From: Antechinus flavipes
Lineage: Eukaryota
Direction of reading: 5' to 3'
Assembly (NCBI RefSeq): GCF_016432865.1
Contig: NC_067400.1
Span: forward strand, 246,140,001-246,204,000
Length of the DNA: 64,000 nucleotides
Numbering within the stretch: position 1 is the first letter of the stretch; every line of letters starts with the position of its first letter. This document shows, piece after piece, positions 38,673-51,099 of the stretch. Under the pieces are notes generated by a model. The model searched no databases and was not told the origin of the DNA. It saw only the letters and a list, made by a program, of their open reading frames with translations. The position numbers and the translations under genes were made by a program.

Positions 38673-39525
38673 AGAACAGAGGCATCCTTGAACCCTCCCT
38701 ACTATTGTACCTAACCAGATCAGTTGACAAAACTTGTCATTACTACCTCCACAAAATCTCTGGAATCCAAATACTTTTCTCTATTCACACAGTTCCCCCT
38801 GGATCAGGAATTCACGATGTCTCTCTGAAAGAGCTTTCATTGCCTTCCTGCTTCAATCTTTTTTGAGGCCAGATCCCTAATCTACTCCAGCACAAGAGAT
38901 TTTTCTATATCATTTGTTTGACTCTTTTCCCCTTTTAATCTGCAAAAGGCCCAGACTTCATATTAATTGTCTTGTAAATTCAAGTTGCTTCCTGTTTGAT
39001 ATGCATTAGTTACCCTCTGCCTGAAATTTTTCCTTCCTCATCAGCTGGACCCTTCCTATCTTTCCAGTCTCATTACACTTTATTTCTTTGTCCATATATT
39101 ATGTCTCCGCTTATGCTGGTCTACTTCTTTCACTCAGACAATATACTGCATGCCACTTCTGCTTGTCTTTGCAATGACTGCCCAGAATTCTCTCCTCTCC
39201 CCTCTCCTTCCATCTGAATTCCCATGCTCCCTTTGAGGCTCAGTTCTAATCCTCTCTATAACAGGATTATTTTCCCCCTTTCCTCCAGTAACCTGTGCAT
39301 CTGTCGGTGAGATCTTCTACCATCAACTCTCCAAGATTGTGGCAGGTACTTTGTGATTTTCATATTCTGAGTGATTTTAGAATGTTAAGGATTGACCATT
39401 TCATCCCTCTATAGTCCTGATCACAATGGCTAGCTCAGTACAAACACTAGGGAGTTGCTTTGTATTTGGGTTGATTTGGGAATGGTTCTTTGACTAATAA
39501 TTGTATCCCACCACCATTTTAATTC

Positions 39526-40136
39526 TGATGAAGTCTAGTTTTGGGGTACCCAAATTAAAATGAGGACTAGTGGTAGGTTCGGGGTACAGAGTCAAATAGA
39601 GCTCACCTACAATCCCTTTGGATTTGGCACAAGAGTGGAGAGTTAAATGAGATCTAGTAGTGGCACAAGAGTCCTCTGTAAAGGAATTTGCAGACCCGAA
39701 AACCTGGATTGATAAAATAGGTTTATTATGGGGTTAAATTCTAGTTAAGGAAATAGGTGTGGATAAAGAGCATCAGAAATAGGGTTCCAGTAGATAGAGG
39801 CTTCTTGGCATGCCAGGCGTAAAGCTGGCATGTTTGGAATCTCTGCAAAGAGAGTACTCCAGCTTGGCTCTTTTATAATAAGAGATTTAGCTAAAGAGGC
39901 CCATGGGTGGAGTCCCAAGTTGGCTCAGATCTGATGGGGGTTGGGAGAGCCCAAGTTGGCTTCGATCCAGATGAGGGCTGGGACAAGCCCTGATCTCCTA
40001 TTGGAATTCAAAGAGATGCTTTTGACCAGGATAGCTTCCTGAATTGATAATGCATCAGCTAGGAGGGGTTGGGAATCAAAAAGGAATAGATCAATCTGAA
40101 TGCACTAGTTTCTTAAAGGGACCACAAACTACATCA
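39526..40136 (-). mobile_element. Solo LTR (ERV1-like, 4-bp TSD) in the upstream promoter of K7
   Basis: TGATG...CATCA termini, TSD ATTC (39522-39525 and 40137-40140), reverse-strand TATAAAA (39871-39877) and AATAAA (39722-39727), 'cccaagttggct' direct repeats. Confidence 0.88.
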
Positions 40137-40600
40137 ATTCGATTTGGAAATTTAAATGATTCTTTCACTCCATTCTTAAACAGAACAGATTAAAAGGCAG
40201 AGGAATCTATAAGCTATCCAAAAAAAAAAAAAAAAAAAAAAAGCAGAAGATTAAGATGGCAAACATAATGGAAGTAGAAATATGTGAATGGGGGAGAGAA
40301 AGGCTATGAAGTTAGGCACCATCCACATTAATGATATGGGCTTGACAACACTATAATCATTTGCAATTATAAGAATGAGATCCTTGCAGAGCCTTCTCTG
40401 AGAAAGAACAAATCAAGAGAAAATAACCTTAATGAGCTTGAGAATTTATTCTCAGAGAACAAACAGTGACAAAAATGCAGTACTGGCTTGGGTCTCCCAC
40501 ACCTCCTGCTGGAAGTGTACAAAAGTCCCTATGCAGATAGTGCCTTATACATTCACACAACTTACCTTAACATTCATGAAATTAAGTGAATCCTGACATC

Positions 40601-40798
40601 ATGAACTACTATGGTGGCTACTATGGAGGCCTGGGCTATGGCTATGGCTCTGGTTATGGGTGTGGATGTGGCAGCTTCCGTGGCTTAGGCTATGGCTATG
40701 GCAGCTATGGCTATGGAGGCCTGGGCTATGGTGGCTATGGCTTTGGCTGCTGCTGCCCATCTTGTGGTGGAAGGTATTCTTCCTATGGCTTGTTCTGA
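40601..40798 (+). CDS. KRTAP19-like: K7: high Gly/Tyr KRTAP, 65 aa ORF with damaged regulatory signals
   Basis: [28 protein letters not shown]...[16 protein letters not shown]; TATA is TACAAAA (40518), uORF 40576-40596, poly(A) signal is AACAAA (41112). Confidence 0.78.
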   Translation: MNYYGGYYGGLGYGYGSGYGCGCGSFRGLGYGYGSYGYGGLGYGGYGFGCCCPSCGGRYSSYGLF

Positions 40799-42328
40799 AA
40801 AACCACCTGCTCCTGGCCGATCATTGAAACCTTGATCCTGTCTGTCTTAGGCTAATTCCACAACCTAGTAAAGATATCACATTCCATTTGCCTCTATGGC
40901 TAGGGAGCATGGAAGAGCTCAAACAACAGAGTCTTTGAATCCCTAAGGAGCACTCAGGTCACTTAAGTAGCAGTGATTCCAGCAGTATGATCCATCCTTC
41001 TGGGAAACTATGCAGAATTACAACTGTCACAAGGCAGACTCCTCCAACAACTCATTTCTAGCAATTTGTTGCTGTAATACACCATTGCTGAGGTGTCTGT
41101 TGTGAATTTCTAACAAACTTGATTCACTGACTTAGCAAAACCCTTTTTATCAGTATTCTTTGACCTCCCTCTAGTTTGGTTTCAGCTTCTCATCATAAAG
41201 AAATTTTCAACTTTGATATATTTATTTGTGTTTATTGCAGATTTGCTCTCCAATTTCTTTTTAGGAATGAGCTGATATCTCCACATTTCTGTTTGAAAAT
41301 CTTATATTTACTTGTTAAATATTTTTTCTAAAATTTAAATCTGTATTACTTACATTTTAATACTTCATAATAATCAACTCCTAGTTTTTCAAAGCCAAGG
41401 AATATGACTGAATAAGCTGCATCCCTACATTATACACATGGACAGGGACTTCATCTTCAAACTTTCAAAAAGATTAACATATTTATGGCTTCATGTTCAT
41501 GATTCATGATCTCCAGATTTAAGGCAACCCTGATGACTATCAGAATCTGGCTTAGCCTATGCCTTATCTAGCAGTCTTTCATAACTTCTTATCACCAAGC
41601 AATTTGAAGTTTTGAAGCACAGCACAAGTGAATGACACTCCAGAAAGAAACCAGAAAAAAAGCCATAACTAAATCTGGAGGTTGTCATAGAACCTTTGGT
41701 TGGCTAGCATCTCCTCCAGTCGACTAAACAATCAGTACAATTCAAAACACTGCCTTGAGCCAAAGACAGCCCCATACACAAGAGAACTAGATTCATTGCA
41801 AATGTTTCCTCCAAAGCACTCAAACACCTAACCACTAGTCAATCCAGACTTCAGAGAAAGAGATCATCTGCTTTTGCTGCTTCATAACCTGCCTCACTCT
41901 TTGGATTCCTCAATTCCACAAGGCAACATGGACTCCAAAATTATGTCTCTGAGATGGGTTCTTGGGAAGAAAGCCAAAGGTTTGCTCTCTGTCTGTATAT
42001 AGTAGATGCTTGATAAAGCATCTTGTGTTTCATATAGTGGAAGAAATAGTACAAACCTTATTCCTTCTGCTGTTTATTATATTAACATTAGATTAGATAG
42101 TAATTTATATTACTATATATCACTGCTAGCATTATTCTTCATTCACTAGACATCTTTTCATTTTTATGGTTCCACTAGCTTTTTTTTATAGAAATGCCCT
42201 CAGTAGCCTCATTACATTTGTTTTCTCCCAAAACATATTTCCAAATGATTCATCAGGTTTTTTTTTTCAAGACACATCCTATAGAAATCACTTCAGTGGA
42301 AACAAATCCTGGGAAATAATGCTCCTTT

Positions 42329-42460
42329 CATGACTCTTCAACAACTGCTCATTTCTAGAAGTCTGTTCAACTCTGATATAACACAGCAGAGGTGTATGTT
42401 ACAATGTTCTAAAATATATGTATCATTTTCTTATTGAAACTGTTTTCACCTTTCTTCCCT
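42329..42460 (+). pseudogene. Orphan KRTAP 3' UTR tail (gene deleted)
   Basis: 'gactcttcaacaactgctcatttctagaagtctgttcaactctgatataacacagcagaggtgtatgttacaatgttcta' matches the end of the paralogous 3' UTRs but is joined directly to mid-unit sequence. Confidence 0.75.
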
Positions 42461-42718
42461 AAGCTCCTAATACTTGAGTTTCAGCTTCACACCATGAAAA
42501 TATTTTTCATCTTGATCTACTATTCTGCATCATTACAGAATATTTATTACCCAATTTTGCAATGAAATGTGTAGATTGCCTGAATTCTAGAGAATTCATA
42601 TTTGAATTCTTGTATCCAAAGATACTTTGAACTACTTGAAACTACTTGAAACAAGGATACTTACAACAAGGTGTTAACTCAGTGCCATTGATGAGATGAT
42701 AGTTCTCTAGTTTACATA

Positions 42719-43733
42719 CCGTGTTTCCCCGATAATAAGACACTGTCTTATTATTTTTTTGGACAGAAAACCACCACAGGGCTTATTTTCAGGGGAGGGC
42801 TTATTTTAATGAACAATGACAGCAATTTTAATAAACAGGTAAATGTGAACAAAAACAAGTACCTTTATTCAATAATGATCATGTCATCTTCTTCAACAAC
42901 ATCGTCATAAGTGTCCATACCCTGAATTCTGTCCTGGATGTCTTGTGCCTCTATTTCCTTCAGAAGAAGTGGACCCAATCTGTCATGTCCAGCAATATAG
43001 CTCTCTTTAAATGAACATGTCTTGTCCAGGTAACCTGCTCGTAATGCCTTGGCGACACAGCTATCAGTAATTTTATCCCATGACTTCTTCACCCAAGTCA
43101 TGACTTCTTGCAGACAGGGCTTCACAAAGTTTCCACACTGATTTCTTTCCATTCTATTTTCAGTGTAGTCATTGACTTCCATGTGCAAATGGTCCTTGAA
43201 TGGCTTGTTTATTGCAATATCAAGGGTCTGGAGATAGGCAGTCATTCCTGCAGGAATCATTACTTGATCTATTCTTCTCTCTGCAAGGAAGTTCTTTCTT
43301 TAGCATGGTGAGTGCTGGCTGAGTTCTTCTTTTATCCTCCATCATGCCCCTTTTATCCTCCATCCCTTTTATCCATCCCCTCACTCCTGCTTACATACCA
43401 GGTTTTTATGTTGTCCTGCCTCAGCTCTCCTCCGCGGCACTGCTCTCAATGGCGCCAGCAAGCAAATCACTGGGGAAGAACAGGATGACACACTCACTGC
43501 TGCAGCTCTGATTGGATGCAGATTGGAGCGCGGCGTGCATTTCATCCGGGGGGAGGAGGAGGACGGTGCATACAGAGGGTACCATAATGTAGCGTGTAGC
43601 ACAGGGGATCACCTTCACTACAGTAGCAATCTCAATAGGGCTTATTTCCGGGGGAGAGCTTATTTTAGAGGAATCTTACACAGTAAGGGGAAGGCTTATT
43701 TTTGGGATAGGTCTTATTATCGGGGAAACATGG
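42719..43733 (-). mobile_element. Internally deleted Tc1/mariner-superfamily DNA transposon (pogo/Tc2 group) nested in the LTR
   Basis: TIRs CCGTGTTTCCCCGATAATAAGAC and GTCTTATTATCGGGGAAACATGG, flanked by TA on the left and CA (mutated TA) on the right; carries a transposase remnant. Confidence 0.9.
42865..43325 (-). pseudogene. pogo/Tc2-type DDE_1 transposase C-terminal remnant
   Basis: Open 131 aa MIPAGMTAYLQTLDIAINKPFKDHL...EDDMIIIE resembles the pogo 'IP.G.T..LQPLD..INKPFK' motif; a frameshifted upstream extension reads SASTHHAK...KNFLAERRIDQV. Confidence 0.88.
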
Positions 43734-45412
43734 CATACTTAGTACTTAAGTATGGTGATGTAATGGTTCTCTAGTTCACATATATTCAGTATGCTGTAAT
43801 GATGTAATTTTAATATGGTATTTAAGGGCTGAGAAAACTGGGGGCAGAGTCAGTTGGTCAGTCAGTCAGAGTGAACAGACTGTGAAGGAGTCAGACTGGG
43901 ACAGACTATGAAGGAGACAGTAAAGACTTTAGACTCTATTCCTCACCATTCTTGTGGTGACTATCCTGCTGAGACCAAGGACATCCAGAAGACCTCCAGA
44001 AAGCTTGCCTAGGCATTACAGAAATTATATCTCTTCAGATTTCTACTGGAAAATATATATTTCCTTCTTGAATGTTTTTCTAAAGTTTGATTTCAATAGC
44101 ACTTACATTTTAGTTCTTGGTAATATCTAATCCTAACTTTACCAAAGGTAAGGAATATATATCCATGTAAGCTGTGCCCCCTCCCCAACATGTTTTCTGT
44201 GCATATGGACAGAATTGTTTTCTTAAAGGTTTCAAAAAATTCATATATTCAGGGCCTCATATTTATGGTTCATAATCTTCAGATTCAAAGTTTACTTAAT
44301 GACTGCCAGAATTAGATTAGATTTTCCCTTGTCTAGCTATCTTCCACCACTTTATTATCACCAAGAAATTTGGAGTTTTGGAGCACCGCACAAGAAATTT
44401 CGGCAAACCACATAGAATACAGATGATAATCATATATGAAATTCTAAATTTGTCATGGAAACTTTCTCTTTAAGTGGGTACCATTTCCTATAGCCAGCCA
44501 CATGCTTTGTTGATTCAAATCATAACATTGCCCTTGAGCTGAAACCCACCCTTTCATCAGGGCTAGGTACTCATTCTTGCAAGGGAGTCCCCAAAATCAC
44601 TCAGACACCTCAGCTCTTTAATCAATTCAAACTCCCAGGGAAAGAGAATATCTACTTTGTCAGTCCACAATTGGCATTGAGGCATTTGGATTCTTGAGTT
44701 CCATATGCCAAGGATGGCCCCATAATGATGTGTTCCAGAAAAGTTCACAGGGAAAAATGTCAGAACTTCACACTCTAGGTATTTAATAAATGATTATTAG
44801 TTGAACTTTTATTTCAAACAGTGAACCAAACAATACAAGTATCACAATGGATCTTATTCTGCCTGCTGCTTTTTAGCTTGAAATTAATTTCTATTATTCC
44901 AGATGATTCCTAGGCATTATACTCCATTCATAAAAAGCCAGTTCACTTCTATGAATTCAATTGCTTTTCTAGAGAAATATCCTTAACATCCTCATTTCAA
45001 TCTATTCCTTCCAAAACACATCTCCAAATGATTCTCCAGTCCTTTTCCAGAACATTATATAGAGGTTACTTTAGTGGAAACTAATCCTTCAGGAAAATGA
45101 TCATTTCTTTCTTGGCTCATATTAGGCAAAGAATATTTTATTCTCTTTAGCAAAGTAGAAATTCAATTTCTGATGGGAAACTGTCACATCTGAATCCAAA
45201 TTCTCCTACATGGGAAAGTCAAAATAAAATAGGGCCTATTCTATATATTAGCCACTAAAACTCCTTAGTAGAGCTAGCACTACTAACCCTGAATATCCTA
45301 CAAGCCCAAGAGCCCCAGTTCATTCAAGTGAATGTCCTAGAGTCTGAATTGGAATCTGTACTTCTCAAAATGCTCTCCAGCTTAGGCAAAGATCAGCTAT
45401 GCCCTGAGAAGT

Positions 45413-45478
45413 GTGTATATATATATATACACACACACATATATATATATATATATACATATATAATATATATTCATA
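45413..45478 (+). repeat. (TA)n/(CA)n compound microsatellite
   Basis: Direct sequence. Confidence 0.9.
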
Positions 45479-46335
45479 TAATCTCAAGGTCACAATATGA
45501 TTTCTGGTGGTCAAATGATATCCTGTTGAAGCTGTTTATGCTTTAGAGTAGATTTGTAAAAGAATTGGAAGCTGGGAAGAGAGATGAGACAACTATTGAT
45601 GCCCCATGTTTCCTAACCAGAGAGCTATAGCCCACCTTCTCTTCTCTCTACTACATTCTCTCAATTAGTGAACTCCTAATTTCCCATGGATTCAATTCCT
45701 TTCTCTTTGCAGCTCACTAAACCAGTATTTCCCCTAAATTCACTTGTTCAACTGGATGTCTAAATACCCTGAATGCATTTTCCTACCTAAAATCATATAA
45801 TCAGCACTACTCAGTATTTATACAATTAAAAGGTCGATGACTTTATTGTGGTCTTTGGTGCCTACTAAGGAACTCTCTCTGACATCCTTGCATTGTCTTT
45901 GTTTGAAGGAATTATTCCATATAGTTGTGATTCACCACCTTAACTCCAATCTAAAACTTGTATGATTCTGTCACTTAAGTCTCAAGAAGTACATATTAAA
46001 AGACACTGAATTTCATAGCCTGCCAAAAAAAAAAAAAGTCAGAAGGCCAGGAAGACAAATATACTGGAAATAAGACAGTGCACCTGGGAAATTGTTGCCA
46101 TGAAGGCAGGTTAAGGCATATCACATTAACTATATGGACTTTGGAAACACTATAATAAACAAGATCCTGGCAGAGACTTCTCAGAGAAACATCAGATAGA
46201 GAGAAAATACCCTTAATAAGCTAAAGTAATCATTTTCATGGAAAAAAATTGAAAAAAATGTGATTTGTCTTTACAATTTCATTAATGTGAATTAATGTGA
46301 ATGAAATGAATCTGGCATCCTTTCTGCTGGATGTG

Positions 46336-46342
46336 TATAAAA
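46336..46342 (+). promoter_or_regulatory. TATA box of pseudogene K8
   Basis: TATAAAA intact. Confidence 0.75.
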
Positions 46343-46414
46343 GTCCCCATACAGATGGTACTGTATACTCTTACAACTTCTTGACATTAATCCAAATTTG
46401 TGAATCCTGATAAA

Positions 46415-46627
46415 ACGAGATACTATGGCAGCAATTATAGGGGCCTGAACTATAGCTGAGGCTATGGATATGGCTCCTTCCATAGCCTAGTTTATGGCTG
46501 TGGTAGATATGGCTATGGAGGCTTAGGTTATGGTGGTTATGGCTATGGAATCTACAGCTATGGAGGCTATGGCCATGGATGCTGCTGCTCATCTTGCTGG
46601 GGAAGTTATTATTTTTCTGGCTTCTAA
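46415..46627 (+). pseudogene. K8: KRTAP pseudogene
   Basis: Start codon is ACG (46415) and there is an in-frame TGA at 46457; the remainder still reads [24 protein letters not shown]...[15 protein letters not shown]-stop. Confidence 0.9.
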
Positions 46628-46938
46628 TAAAAAAAAACCATATACACCTGCAGCATGGAATCCTTGTTTGAGCCTGCTTAAAGTAATTTCTTGGCCTAGG
46701 GAGGCATCATATTCTATCTGCTACTATAGCTGGGTATCATGAAAGAGAGTCCTGGAATTTACATGAAGATCTCAGAGCACTGAAATGACAGGGACTGAAA
46801 AGCCGCAAGACTTGTCCTTCTGGGAAAGGATGCAGAATTTCACCTATAATTAGAGAGACCCCTCCCCCAACAACAGCTTATCCCCACAAGTTTGCTCCAG
46901 TCTTCTACACTTGGTTGAGATGTATGTCACTATGTTCT

Positions 46939-46944
46939 AATAAA
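46939..46944 (+). terminator. Poly(A) signal of K8
   Basis: AATAAA intact. Confidence 0.7.
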
Positions 46945-48424
46945 CTTGTTTTACTGGCATAGCAAAACTGTTTTCACCTCTCCTCCTTGACCTCCTAGTG
47001 CTTGGGTTTCAGCCTCATATTGTGAAGAGATTTTCAATTATGACCTATATTGGAAAATATTTGTAATCTAATTCATCTTTTGCAATGAAAGAATACATCC
47101 CAAGATTTCTATTGAAAAATAAAAATCATATTATTTCTTTGTTGAATGTCTTTATAAAAATTCTTATTTGTTCTACTTTTATTTATTTTAGGACTTCATA
47201 ATGGTCAACCCTAATTTTACTGAAGATAAGGCATTTGTCCCTATAAACTATTTTTCTTCTCCTATTTTCTCCATGCACATAGGCATGATTTTCATCTTCA
47301 AGGTTTCAAAAAGATTCACATGATCAGGGCCACACGTTTATCATTCATGACCTTCAGATCCAAGGTGTCCCTAACAAATACCAAAATTTGGTTTTGCCTA
47401 TCCTGTCTACCAGTATTTCAATGTGAAGTTTTATGGCACAGCACAAATGAATGGCACAGAAAAAAAAAAGAGTAGAAAAGGGAGTTTTGGACTTCAAGTC
47501 CAAAAGTTTCCATGACAACTTTCCCTTTGAGTGTTGTTCATCTCCTCACTGACTCACATCATTGTCCTAGAACTGAAGCCTATCTAGTAGACTATTTTCT
47601 GCACAGATATCCTATAAATCACTCAAACAATTGAACTCTCTAATCAACTCAATTCCCTGTCTGCTTGGCTGCCCCACAATAGTTTTGGGGACCTTTGTAT
47701 ATTTTCAACTTCTTAACCCAACGTGGCCCTTGTAATCCTGTCCCTCTAAGGGGTTCTTGGGAAGAAAATCAAAGTTTAGCACTCTACTTGGCACATAGTA
47801 GGTTACAGATTAACTATCACCTCCATTTTTTGAGGACTAGTTCCTTAAACCCTTCTTCATACAGTCTCAAGTTCATAATGGGATTATGGGTTGTCATGTA
47901 ACATCCTATTGGGTTTGTTTATCTTTTAGATATAGTTCTGCTATAGTCTACTAGATAGTATAGTTCTGAAAGATTTGTAAGTTGAGAAGAGAAATGAGAC
48001 ACCTATTGTGGCCCTAAATGTCTTGAGATCATTTTGTTCCTGGTCAATTGAAGTCTTTCTAAAATTTTTCACAATCACAAAAACTAAAACCTGCCTCCTC
48101 CTCTCTCTACCACACTATCTCAGTTGGTGATTTCCTCATAAGTTTATTTCCCTTCTTTTTTACACTCACTACTGCCATTTCCAAGAATAATATAGAATCT
48201 CCCCTGAACTCATATGTCTCACTGGTGTCTAAATATGCCTGAATGCAGGATTCTAAAGAATCAGAAGGCCAGGCCCAATTTTCACACATTCCCTCCTACA
48301 ATTGTCATTTTCCCTTTCTGTCATGTCTGACTCTTCTTGATGTCATTTGGGATTTTCTCTTGCAAAATACTACAGTGGTTTGGCATTTCCTCTGCAATCA
48401 CATATTACACTCCCCACCTTAGAT

Positions 48425-48855
48425 TAAGCCCTGATCATATATTTTGACTATTTATCAATTGGAGAATGTCTTATATTCTTATAAAACTGACTCTATTCTC
48501 CATATATCTGAGAAATGAAACCTTTAGCAAAAATATTTATTGTAAAAAAAAATTCTGCAGTTTTCTGCTTTCCTGATAATCTTAGCAACATTGGATTTGT
48601 TTGTGAAAAAACTTTTTAATTTCAATCAAAATTAATTCCTTTTATATCTATAAATCTAACAGGTAAACTATTCATGCTCCCATAATTTGCTTATGATATA
48701 ATCCTTTATGCATCAATCATGTACTCATTTGGCCTTATCTTGGTATGTGGTTTGAGATCATTAATATACCTAGTTTCTGCCAAACAACTTTCTAATTTTT
48801 TCATCCATTTTTTCTCCAAATAATAAATTATTGTTCTTAAAACTTAAATCTTTGG
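48425..48855 (-). mobile_element. L1 ORF2 fragment
   Basis: Reverse-strand L1 ORF2-like sequence ('gactatttatcaattggagaatg', 'tacctagtttctgcca'); boundaries approximate. Confidence 0.7.
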
Positions 48856-50208
48856 GTTGCCTAATCTATTCAGTTTAAGAGTTATAATTATCATTTTCTC
48901 AAGAGGGAATTGACCAGGGCTCCGCTCCTGCTAGTACTCCTTCTCACACTAGAACTGTAACCCGTAACTGCTTGTAGTTGTTATGCAACAGAGTCCTGTT
49001 CCTGCAAAGGGTTCCCTATAATCTTTTTCTGACCAGTTGTCCAATACCCTTACCATCTGTGTGCTGAGAGCTTCCCTGATATCACCTCGTATTCAATCTC
49101 CCCCGAGACCTTCTGCTGATTTAACAGGAAAAGTATATGCTTCATATGGTTAGCACTGGATTGTACTCCACTTACAATCTTACTGTGACAGACCTTTCCT
49201 ACTTATCTTCTAGTTATCTTAGACTGGAAAAGAATTTCACTTCATTCTGTTGTTAGTTTCATTGCTTCAGAATTCATTTTGAGACATTATATTAGCATTA
49301 TTTGGAAAAAACTCAGAAGAGTTGCTGCGTTTACTCCAGTAAAGTGTCTTGACTCTATCCCCAACTGAAGTTTTTCTAAGACACTTGGCAACCAGAGAGA
49401 CAATCTGCCTTCTCTTCTCTCAACTGCACTCTGAAAGTTAGATACCAGCCACTAAGGTGGAGTTCCTATGGATTCAATTCCTTTCTCTCCGAAACTCAAA
49501 AATCCATCTCTAATTCTAGCCCAGATTATCCCCTGAACTCAGTTGTTCAAGTGATTGTGTATGCCCTGAATGTATGATCTTATTCAAATGTACATTATTA
49601 GCCCTTCTGAGTATTTACATATTTAAAAAGTCCTTACTTATACTGCATACATTGGGTTCTACTATAAAGATCTCTGATTGCTTCCATTTCACTGTTTTTG
49701 AAAATCATGAAAATTGAATCCTGATGCCAATCTTCAAGAAAATTGCTTTCTACAAAATGTTTGATGATGTTCTTCTATGAATGGCCTCCTCTGATCTTCC
49801 TTTACCTCCCTTCAGCTTTCGACATCTCTGGCCAACTGGTGCTCCTGGGTATTTAATACTGTTCTTTTAGCTTGGCTATCCCTTCCTTATCATCTTAGTT
49901 TACCCATGCCCGCTATCTCAGGCTAAACCTGAAAAGTATGTCTCTTTTCTTTCCTCCCTACCAAGCTTCTTTTAGTTTGAAAGAATAGATCTTCCAGAAT
50001 CCTAGTCTTTAGATCCTAAAAAGAACCTTTAAGAACCTTCTTTCTTACACTCAGTCACATTTCTAGTCTTGGCTCTCTCCTGAGCTCCTGTATCACATCA
50101 TAAACTGTCTTATTAGAAAATTTCAAGATTTTGGCCCTTATACATCTAAAGCTCCTTTAGAGCTTTAGAACAGATCTCTTCATTTGGCCTTTTCATAAGT
50201 ACCCCAAC

Positions 50209-50862
50209 TTTGAAAGGGATTCACATGTGCAAAAAATATTTGTGGCAGCCCTTTTCATAGTGGCAAGAAAATGGAAAGTCAGTGGATGCCCATCCGTTGG
50301 AGAATGGCTGAATAAGTTATGGTATATGAATGTTATGGAATATTATTGTTCTATAAGAAATGATCAGCAGGACGATTTCAGAGAGGCTTGGAGACACTTA
50401 TATGAACTGATGCTAAGTGAAATTAGCAGAACCAGGAGATCATTGTATGTGGCAACAACAAGATTATACAATGATCAATTCTGATGGATGTGGCTCCTTT
50501 CAACAATGAGACAATTCAAACCAGTGCCATGTATAGCCAGAGAGAGCTCTGTGGGAACTGAGTGTGTATCACAACATAACATTTTCACTCTTTTTGTTGT
50601 TGTTTGCTTGCATTTTATTGTCTTTCTCATTTTCCTATTTTTGATTTGATTTTTCTTGTGCAACAAGATAATTGTATAAATATGTATGCATATATTGAAT
50701 TTAACATACATTTTACCATGTTTAACATATATTGAATTACTTGCAATCTAAGGGAGGGGTGAGGGAAAGAGGGAGAAAATTGGAACACAAGGTTTTGCAA
50801 GGGTTCATGTTGAAAAATTATTCATGTATATCTTTTGAAAATTAAAAAGCTTTAATAAAAAA
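50209..50862 (+). mobile_element. L1 3' fragment
   Basis: ORF 50227-50484 is L1 ORF2 C-terminal (IFVAALFIVARKW...WLNKLWY) followed by 3' UTR and tail. Confidence 0.9.
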
Positions 50863-51099
50863 TGTTCAACAAAAAAACTATGCTTCAATCTGCAGACAAT
50901 AAAAGTTTGTTTTCTGGGGGGGAAAGAGAAGAGTTCATATCCTTGTACAATATATTCATAAGGGAAGTGCTATATGTACACATGCATTCATACATATGTA
51001 TATATAAATATATATTTGGTTTTGTACTTTGTATATTAAACCTTTATTAGAGGAAAATAAAAGTACCCTACCTTTTCCCACCAGCATATGGAGTGTTCA

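Larger units (their letters stand above)
42570..44020 (+). mobile_element. Solo LTR (about 434 bp once the nested transposon is removed)
   Basis: TGTA...TACA termini, 6-bp TSD GAAATG/GAAATT (42564-42569 and 44021-44026), TATTTAA (43819) and AGTAAA (43919). Confidence 0.85.

Noticed and set aside
42865-43260. A domesticated pogo gene (TIGD/POGK/CENPB-like)
   Set aside because: It is bounded by TIRs and a TA target site, lacks the DNA-binding domain and is frameshifted upstream, so it is a transposon remnant.
48860-49128. Possible LTR fragment ending 'tgatttaaca' between L1 pieces
   Set aside because: No clear 5' TG terminus, TSD or poly(A) signal; it cannot be supported without a library search.
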